Origin: an uncultured bacterium
Lineage (GTDB): Bacteria; Fidelibacterota; Marinisomatia; Marinisomatales; TCS56
NCBI GenBank assembly: GCA_964539785.1
Contig: CAZIJQ010000006.1
Location: 2,484 to 66,483, forward strand
Length of the DNA: 64,000 nucleotides
Direction of reading: 5' to 3'
The notes beneath the pieces are model-generated. The model saw nothing but the letters and a program-made list of their open reading frames with translations, did no database searches and was not told where the DNA came from. The stretch's first letter is position 1. Every line of letters starts with the position of its first letter. This document shows positions 57,360-64,000 of this stretch, piece by piece. The translations under genes and the position numbers were made by a program.

Positions 57360-58328
57360 TCAAAGTATTTTAGTTAGTTCTGCCTCCAGGGCCGGGACTA
57401 CGTCAAATAAATCGCCCACAATCCCATAGGTAGCTGCTTTGAATATGGGAGCCTCAGGGTCTTTATTTATAGCGACTATCACCTTACTGGAGGACATGCC
57501 AGCCAAATGCTGAATTGCTCCTGAGATACCACAGGCAATATAAAGTGTGGGGGCAACTGTTTTTCCGGTTTGTCCAACCTGATCGCTGTGAGGCCGCCAG
57601 CCCGCATCGACTGCGGCGCGACTTGCTCCCACAGCGGCGCTCAAAGTATCTGCCAAATGCTCAATAATATCGTACTTTTCAGGTCCACCCATGCCGCGAC
57701 CGCCTGAAACAATTATATCAGCTTCTGTCAGTTCAGGTCGCGTAGCTGCGGAAGACTCGAATTCGGTTACCTGAACAATAAATGAATTATCGTCAAACCC
57801 GGGATCAAAATTTTCCACTGCTACGGATACGGGGTTTTCTTCAATTGGGTAACTGTTTGGCCGCAGGGAAATATAAGCTGTTGCCGTACTCTTGATATTC
57901 ATCAGAATCTTACCAGCAAAAACCGGACGCTGAATTGCAATGGATTCACCTTCGATATCAACTATTGTTGAGTCTGTGAAGACACTGCTGTTCGCCAGAC
58001 CGGCAACCGACGGCGCAAGATCGCGCCCGGTTGCGGATGCGGAAAATAATACTACATCCGGATTAACTTGTTCGATTAGCTTATTTACCGAATGAGCATA
58101 TGCAGTAGTCGAATAATATTTTAGTTTATCACTATCCACAATATGGACTTTGGTGATTCCAAATTCTCCCAGTTCCTCGGCGCATTTACCCACATTGGAA
58201 CCGACAACCAGACCAAGAGCCTGTCCACCGGACTTAGCGGCCAGTTTATTTGCGACAGTGGCCAATTCACCGGCAGTTTTTCTAAGTTCGCCATCACGTT
58301 GTTCTGCAAAAAATAGTATGGTAGCCAT
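57360..58328 (-). CDS. etfA: Electron transfer flavoprotein alpha subunit
   Basis: IVSGGRG, GASRAAVDAGW, QVGQTGK, GISGAIQHLAG, INKD. Confidence 0.97.
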   Translation of the reverse strand: MATILFFAEQRDGELRKTAGELATVANKLAAKSGGQALGLVVGSNVGKCAEELGEFGITKVHIVDSDKLKYYSTTAYAHSVNKLIEQVNPDVVLFSASATGRDLAPSVAGLANSSVFTDSTIVDIEGESIAIQRPVFAGKILMNIKSTATAYISLRPNSYPIEENPVSVAVENFDPGFDDNSFIVQVTEFESSAATRPELTEADIIVSGGRGMGGPEKYDIIEHLADTLSAAVGASRAAVDAGWRPHSDQVGQTGKTVAPTLYIACGISGAIQHLAGMSSSKVIVAINKDPEAPIFKAATYGIVGDLFDVVPALEAELTKIL

Positions 58329-59077
58329 CAGATTACTTTTGCCTCCTCTCTGAGTAGTCTTGCTAATTTTGGTACGGCGTCGACGCCTTCTCCGACGATT
58401 CGGCCTTCTGCTTTTTGGGGAGGATTCTCAAATTTGAAATCGATCACCGAATCGACAGCATCTATTACAACTTCGTCGATCGGTTTTTTCTTGGCCATCA
58501 TAATTCCCCGTAAATTAGGATAGCGTGGTTCATTCAGACCTTTTTCACAGGTCAATACTGCCGGTAATTGACATGAAACCGCTTCGGTTCCACCTTCAAC
58601 TTCACGTTTGGTGGTTATCTGATTGCCATCGATATTTAATTCGACTATAGAACTGATAACCGGCAATCCAAGATTCATCGCTAATAGGGTACCAGTCTGC
58701 TGGGCGTCGGTATCCACGGCTTTTTTACCGCATAATACTAGATCAAATTGGCGATCTTCCAAAACTTTTCCTATCTGACTGGCGACTGCTTGACTATCCA
58801 TAAATCGGCTGTTTTCTGCTTTTAACAGTACAGCTTTGTCAGCCCCCATTGCCAGACCAGTACGAAGGGCAGCAATTGCGCCACCTGGTCCTAATGATAC
58901 TAATGTTATTTCCCCGCCGTGAGCTTCTTTCAATTGCAGAGCAGCTTCAATGGCATATTCATCATAGGGATTAACAATGAAGCTTATGGAAGCTTCATCT
59001 ATTTGATTTCCGTCGTCCGCGATTCGAATTTTTGCTTCCGTGTCCGGGACTTGTTTGACAAGAACTATGATGTTCAC
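58328..59077 (-). CDS. etfB: Electron transfer flavoprotein beta subunit
   Basis: VKQVPD, NPYDEYAIE, AMGAD, NEPRY. Confidence 0.97.
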   Translation of the reverse strand: MNIIVLVKQVPDTEAKIRIADDGNQIDEASISFIVNPYDEYAIEAALQLKEAHGGEITLVSLGPGGAIAALRTGLAMGADKAVLLKAENSRFMDSQAVASQIGKVLEDRQFDLVLCGKKAVDTDAQQTGTLLAMNLGLPVISSIVELNIDGNQITTKREVEGGTEAVSCQLPAVLTCEKGLNEPRYPNLRGIMMAKKKPIDEVVIDAVDSVIDFKFENPPQKAEGRIVGEGVDAVPKLARLLREEAKVI

Positions 59078-59279
59078 AGCACGTCTCCTTGGTTGAGTAT
59101 ATATTTATTTAATTGATTTTGTGTAGATTAGAATGACTCTAAGATACTGCCTTGAAAATTTGCTTGAAATTTACCGACTGGCTGGTCTATTATCAAAGTA
59201 GAACCAAATCGGGTGGTAGTTTAAATTCAATATTAATGTTCGGATTTGATTAATATTAGAAACATCCTAATGTAAAGAA

Positions 59280-60866
59280 TTGGAATTAATGAAATCCCAT
59301 TTAGCAACTCGCGCAAAACCTTCAGAAGGAATTGTTTTTACCGCAACCCCACATGCGAAGACCATGATCCGTGAAGCAATATTCAAACGTTTAGTGGAAG
59401 ATTATCAGCAGCTATCGGCTATCGAATTTTCCGATTTTCAAAGCGGTAGATTAGAGCAGGAAATGGCCATTCAATTACTGAAATCTATCAGATCTTATCG
59501 TTATCTGGATCCGGCGGTAGGCCAGGGCATTTTTCTTGAAACACTTTATCAGGAAATTAAGGTTTGGGAAAAACAGTATTCGGTTTCAACAACGCAATGG
59601 CTTGATGATCAGGTCACTGGTTATGATATTGATCAGCAAATGATAGAATTTTGCCAGCAGTCCTTATCTTATAAACCGCTTCTGATATATGGTGATTTTC
59701 TCAAGGATAAATCAATTAAGTCGGCTGATATAATTATAGCCAATCCACCCTATATCCGTCAGGAATTATTGCAACCGGAATATAAACAGCACCTAGTGAA
59801 AGCCGCCCGTCAGGATTGGCCGACCCTGAAGATTACAGCGCGTTCGGATATTTATATTTATTTCATGCTTAAATCGACCAGAATCTTAAATGACCGTGGG
59901 ATAATGACTTTCATAGTTCCCAATAGTTGGATGGATAATGATTTTGGAGTTAGTATTCGTCAATTGCTCACAAATCATTTACAATTATCAGCTATCCGGG
60001 AGCAGAATTGGGAACGGCATTTTGAAGCAGAGATAAATACTGTTATAATAACAATCGTAAAGAAAAAGGTCGCCCCGGATTACCAGATAAAAATTATATC
60101 TGACAACCAGCGGCCTATAATTAATCAAGCCCGATTGCAACAATTGGATAATAGTTGGTATGGACACTTATTTAGTTGTCCGGAATGGCTCCAAAATTTC
60201 CTTACATCTAGTCAGATTGTTGTGCCATTACAATCTCTGCTGTCAGTTAAAACGGGAATTATTACCGGGAACAACCGACGCTTTTACTCAACGCAAAAAA
60301 CAACGCCGGGCGCATTGCCAGCAATTCGGTCGCCGCGAGCAGTGAAATCAATTATTTTTGGACAGGAAGATGCAACAATCTGGCTTAACACAAATGCTGG
60401 TGAAGTAATTCTGCGGCGGGCGCCGCTACTGTGGGTGGATTTGCGGGGGAATCGGCACCTGGTCGCCTGGAACCGTGACAACCTGCCATTCGAACATACA
60501 TTTTATGGCCTTACACCCTTAGATAATAACTCATTATCGACCTGGGCCACGTTACTGAATTCTACCTGGGTTTGGCTGATGGTGGAATTGTTCGGCCGAA
60601 AAAGTCTAGGCGGTGGAGCGATTCGCCTGGTAAAGAGCGATCTGCTGAAACTACCGCTGCCGGCCATTGATAGATTAAACCTGTCCGCTAATGACAATTT
60701 TCTTAATCGGCCAATTCGCCCCTGGCGGGAGGAATTGAAACAACCCGACCGCCATCAACTGGATTGGAATATCTTCGCAGCCATGGGACTGGAGAATCGC
60801 TATAACGATATTATTGAATTAACTCAACGACTGATGCAACAGCGGGAGCTGAAGAGTCGATCATGA
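59280..60866 (+). CDS. N6-adenine DNA methyltransferase (gamma class, TaqI/Eco57I-like)
   Basis: Motif I LDPAVGQGIFL before motif IV ANPPY, DIYIYF, C-terminal LLNST..GR..LGGG target-recognition region. Confidence 0.9.
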   Translation: MELMKSHLATRAKPSEGIVFTATPHAKTMIREAIFKRLVEDYQQLSAIEFSDFQSGRLEQEMAIQLLKSIRSYRYLDPAVGQGIFLETLYQEIKVWEKQYSVSTTQWLDDQVTGYDIDQQMIEFCQQSLSYKPLLIYGDFLKDKSIKSADIIIANPPYIRQELLQPEYKQHLVKAARQDWPTLKITARSDIYIYFMLKSTRILNDRGIMTFIVPNSWMDNDFGVSIRQLLTNHLQLSAIREQNWERHFEAEINTVIITIVKKKVAPDYQIKIISDNQRPIINQARLQQLDNSWYGHLFSCPEWLQNFLTSSQIVVPLQSLLSVKTGIITGNNRRFYSTQKTTPGALPAIRSPRAVKSIIFGQEDATIWLNTNAGEVILRRAPLLWVDLRGNRHLVAWNRDNLPFEHTFYGLTPLDNNSLSTWATLLNSTWVWLMVELFGRKSLGGGAIRLVKSDLLKLPLPAIDRLNLSANDNFLNRPIRPWREELKQPDRHQLDWNIFAAMGLENRYNDIIELTQRLMQQRELKSRS

Positions 60867-61375
60867 AACGTCCCAGTATGTATCAGGCACATGAAGATAG
60901 TCTGAAGATATTCACTGAAATATTTAACGGTTGTCACGATGGTCTGTCACTGGTAATGCAGATTTATCAGACTGAAAATTTCCGTGATGATGGCGTAATT
61001 GTAAATACCAAGACGGGAAAAAGGGTTGCTTTTGATTGGGAAATCAGGGATAAATATTTCAGTAAGGGGAAATTTGCGTTTCGGGAATTACGCCAATTCG
61101 AGCGCAAAATCAAAAAGGAAGAAATCGGACTTTCGCTGCAATGTGATCGGGAAGAAACGGCTGTGCTGGTGGCCTGGCATGAAGATTGGCTACAATCGAA
61201 ACCGATTTCGGTTAAGCTGGCCACCGATTTCAAATGGAACGAAAAAAACCTGGTGCGCAATACTACAAAATTTAAAATTTATTCTTATGATCAAATAGAC
61301 ACTTTTCGTGCTATGCTTTTTCGCGCGCTTGGAAAAAGTCTATTCAACCACCACGCTTTTTCGGAGAATGAGTAA
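60863..61375 (+). CDS. Hypothetical protein, possible PD-(D/E)XK-like endonuclease
   Basis: ATGA overlap with the methyltransferase; DDGVIVN...VAFDWEIR resembles a D...(D/E)xE nuclease core. Confidence 0.55.
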   Translation: MKRPSMYQAHEDSLKIFTEIFNGCHDGLSLVMQIYQTENFRDDGVIVNTKTGKRVAFDWEIRDKYFSKGKFAFRELRQFERKIKKEEIGLSLQCDREETAVLVAWHEDWLQSKPISVKLATDFKWNEKNLVRNTTKFKIYSYDQIDTFRAMLFRALGKSLFNHHAFSENE

Positions 61376-62051
61376 AATCAATTCACTCCATTCCTGGGAA
61401 GTGCAGCCAGTGAAAGCCCGGCAAATTCAGGAGCAGTTACGGTCACAGGTGAAAATTTGTCCACTGCCGACTAATATACGATCTGTAGCCGGTATTGATG
61501 TTTCTTACAATCGTGGTTCTGATATATTATTTGCCGCTGTGGTGGTGCTGGCGTTTCCGGATTTGAAAGTAATTGAGATTGCAACGGCTTCACAGCGGAT
61601 TGAATTTCCCTACATCCCGGGTTTGTTGTCTTTCCGGGAAGGACCGGTTGTGCTGGCCGCCTGGGAAAAATTAGAGGTCGAACCCAATGTAGTGATTTTT
61701 GATGGTCACGGGCTGGCTCATCCACGGCGGTTCGGATTGGCCACGCACCTGGGATTGATACTGGATAAACCAGCGATCGGTTGTGCCAAGAGCCGACTGA
61801 TTGGCAAATATGTTGAGCCGGGGCAGAAGCGAGGGGACTATTCCGTGCTTGTAGAACAGGAAGAAATTATCGGCCGAGTGCTGAGAACCCGCACTAATGT
61901 TAAACTGGTATTTATTTCCATTGGTCATAAAGCCAATTTACCCGGATGCCGACAACTATTATTGGATTGTGGAATAGGTCTCCGCCTGCCTGAACCGACC
62001 CGACAAGCTCATCTTGCAGTCAATAAATTCCGACGGGAATACTATAAGTAA
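61368..62051 (+). CDS. nfi: Endonuclease V (deoxyinosine 3' endonuclease)
   Basis: AGIDVSY, FPYIPGLLSFRE, FDGHGLAHPRRFG, IGCAKS, SIGH, LPEPTRQAH; start ATG 61368. Confidence 0.96.
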   Translation: MSKINSLHSWEVQPVKARQIQEQLRSQVKICPLPTNIRSVAGIDVSYNRGSDILFAAVVVLAFPDLKVIEIATASQRIEFPYIPGLLSFREGPVVLAAWEKLEVEPNVVIFDGHGLAHPRRFGLATHLGLILDKPAIGCAKSRLIGKYVEPGQKRGDYSVLVEQEEIIGRVLRTRTNVKLVFISIGHKANLPGCRQLLLDCGIGLRLPEPTRQAHLAVNKFRREYYK

Positions 62052-62053
62052 TA

Positions 62054-62482
62054 TTATTTATCTTTCAGATGAATTAATTCGATCCCCAGCTCGCGTGCGT
62101 GTTCGCGGATGCGCTCATCCCGATAAAATTCACCGAAATATATTTTTTTTATTCCGGCATTGGCAATCATTTTGAAACAATTATAACAGGGTGATGCCGT
62201 AACAAAAATTTCGGCATCCTCAATGCGGACTCCATTACGGGCTGCCTGGACGATAGCATTGGCCTCGGCATGGATTGTACGAACGCAATGGCCGTTTTTC
62301 ATTTCATGACCAACTTTGTCACAGTGGGGCAAGCCACGCAGACTGCCGTTATAACCGGTGGATAAAATTGATTTTTCCCGCACAATCACTGCGCCAACAT
62401 TTTTACGATCACAGGTGGAGCGTGTCGCCACTTCGTGGGCAATATTCATGAAATATTTATCCCAGGATACTCTATTTTTCAT
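62054..62482 (-). CDS. dCMP deaminase (ComEB-like) zinc-dependent deaminase
   Basis: RSTC, TGYNG, HAEANA, PCYNC. Confidence 0.9.
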   Translation of the reverse strand: MKNRVSWDKYFMNIAHEVATRSTCDRKNVGAVIVREKSILSTGYNGSLRGLPHCDKVGHEMKNGHCVRTIHAEANAIVQAARNGVRIEDAEIFVTASPCYNCFKMIANAGIKKIYFGEFYRDERIREHARELGIELIHLKDK

Positions 62483-62490
62483 ATCAGAAA

Positions 62491-63132
62491 TTAATTAAGG
62501 TATTTATGTTCGATGGGAATTGATTCGGGCGGTTTAAAATCCAATAAATCCCGTTCACTTTCGGAAGCTGTTTTCATATTATCAAATTGATAGAGAATAT
62601 TTTCGGTTAACTCGTTATCATGATATTTTCTGACGCGATAACGTTTTAAATACGCGCGTTCTTCAAACTGGCTATACTCAATCTGATTAATAATCTGGTA
62701 ATCGGCTGGATCGGCTACAATAATTAATTCAACAATTTGTCCATTTAAAGATTTTGCTGTAATGATCGGATATTGATCTTTTTGATTAAGATATTGAAAG
62801 CGAACTGTATCTCCGATTGCCTTTTGATTAACCAGTGTTAAACCGGCCGCAGTAAACATGGTTGTATCGTAGGGCTTGATTTCCGGGATCGGATTTTGTG
62901 GGTTCGCGTCGCTAAAATGTATATGAAACAACCGTTGGTCATCCGGATAGTATATTTCCAATAATCCTGGAGAATGTCTGATCCATTGATTAATGGGATT
63001 TTCTACTATCATCAGGGCTTCATCGCTATCCTCCTCGAAATAAATTTTCCCATCTAAGCCTGTCGTTTCGGTTCCAATCGACAGTATCTGTGAAAAGGAA
63101 ACAACTATCCCAAGGAGAATAGAATATAGCAC
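62491..63132 (-). CDS. Hypothetical exported protein
   Basis: 213-aa ORF co-oriented with its neighbours, hydrophobic N-terminus. Confidence 0.65.
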   Translation of the reverse strand: MLYSILLGIVVSFSQILSIGTETTGLDGKIYFEEDSDEALMIVENPINQWIRHSPGLLEIYYPDDQRLFHIHFSDANPQNPIPEIKPYDTTMFTAAGLTLVNQKAIGDTVRFQYLNQKDQYPIITAKSLNGQIVELIIVADPADYQIINQIEYSQFEERAYLKRYRVRKYHDNELTENILYQFDNMKTASESERDLLDFKPPESIPIEHKYLN

Positions 63133-63165
63133 TACAAAACACTCAAATATGCGATTTTGTAATGT

Positions 63166-63549
63166 TTATTCGATGGTTGTTTCCGAAGCAGCCGCTGATA
63201 AAACCATGACCTGAAATACCACGCTTACACAGGCTCCGATCAAGCAACCGTTTAGAGCTTTCTTGGTTTGAATGGTTTTTGCTTCCGCGCGATAACAATC
63301 GCTGTAAAGTGCAACATATTCAGGAGATTTACCCAACATGCGAGTTGCCGGCGGATTTGCTTCTATTACGTATGCTGCACCCCACCCAATTAAGCCAAAC
63401 AGACAGCCGGCTCCAAACCAGAGGTTAGAATTCACATCGGTTTGGGCATCCAACTGGGCTTGTGCACAAGTGTTTTCAGCATTTTGGGCAAATAGCGGCA
63501 CAAACAACATGGACCATGACAGTAAGACGATCAAGAACTTCTTTAACAT
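63166..63549 (-). CDS. Hypothetical small membrane protein
   Basis: GAGGGG RBS, signal peptide, two hydrophobic segments. Confidence 0.7.
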   Translation of the reverse strand: MLKKFLIVLLSWSMLFVPLFAQNAENTCAQAQLDAQTDVNSNLWFGAGCLFGLIGWGAAYVIEANPPATRMLGKSPEYVALYSDCYRAEAKTIQTKKALNGCLIGACVSVVFQVMVLSAAASETTIE

Positions 63550-63715
63550 ACGATACCCCTATCTCTATTGTTAATTAGCGATTACGTTCGCAACGTCTAT
63601 ATGCTAAAATTAACAGCAAATCGGAATAATATCAATTATATTATAATATAATACAAAATATAGTTTTATGTAATATCAGCAACGATCCATTCTCGTTTTG
63701 ATAAACGGCCAATAA

Positions 63716-64000
63716 TCAGCTAATTTGTTTACTAAAAAATCGAATAGTGGTATTTAGCGCGGCAATAAAACGATCAATTTCTGCCTTGGTATTGTATAAA
63801 TAAATACTGGCCCGTGAGGTAGCCGGCACCCCCAATCGCTGCATGAGGGGCTGAGCGCAGTGATGACCGGCCCGGATCGCCACCCCTTCTTCATCCAGGA
63901 ATTGAGCCAGATCGTGGGGGTGGACCGCATCCACATTAAAACTGATAACCGGCCCTCGTTGTTGTGTATTGCCGTGGATAGTCAATCCATCCAGGTCTTT
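63716..64000 (-). CDS. sufS: Cysteine desulfurase SufS, C-terminal part (5' end lies outside the window)
   Basis: [26 protein letters not shown]. Confidence 0.9.
   Translation of the reverse strand, partial: KDLDGLTIHGNTQQRGPVISFNVDAVHPHDLAQFLDEEGVAIRAGHHCAQPLMQRLGVPATSRASIYLYNTKAEIDRFIAALNTTIRFFSKQIS

Noticed and set aside
62054-62482. Deaminase as an anti-phage dCTP deaminase acting with the methyltransferase/EndoV genes
   Set aside because: It is a 142-aa single-domain ComEB-type enzyme with no kinase-like domain, on the opposite strand in a separate transcription unit.
1-64000. tRNA, rRNA, tmRNA, RNase P, SRP RNA or CRISPR arrays
   Set aside because: No matching signatures seen by eye in the intergenic gaps; a covariance-model search would be needed to exclude divergent ones.

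Overview
Mostly housekeeping chromosomal DNA from a bacterium that looks like an FCB-group lineage, probably Marinimicrobia-like (inferred from gene content and protein styles, not from a search). It has about 55 credible CDS. I saw no rRNA, tRNA, CRISPR array, transposase, integrase or reverse transcriptase. Core genes include rpmA-rplU-rng, GTP-dependent PEP carboxykinase, thyX, cysQ, coaX-birA, accC/BCCP/methylmalonyl-CoA mutase, etfBA, tag, nfi and partial sufS. Most notable: (1) an accessory block between thyX and radC where a lipoprotein ORF joins a PGRP-type amidase / thrombospondin-3 repeat / Cys-rich ORF through a -1 shift at an A10 tract, followed by a stand-alone duplicate of the lipoprotein domain; (2) a translationally coupled N6-adenine methyltransferase, small putative nuclease and endonuclease V; (3) a ZraSR-like sigma-54 module with visible enhancer palindromes upstream of a Gly-rich secreted protein, a beta-barrel and a Spy/ZraP-like protein; (4) a Crp/Fnr regulator with a CooA-type helix and an exact CooA-type box; (5) a candidate orphan sRNA, a long structured rng leader, two matching ECF promoters, REP-like palindromes and two disrupted genes. 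All family calls are from motif recognition by eye.
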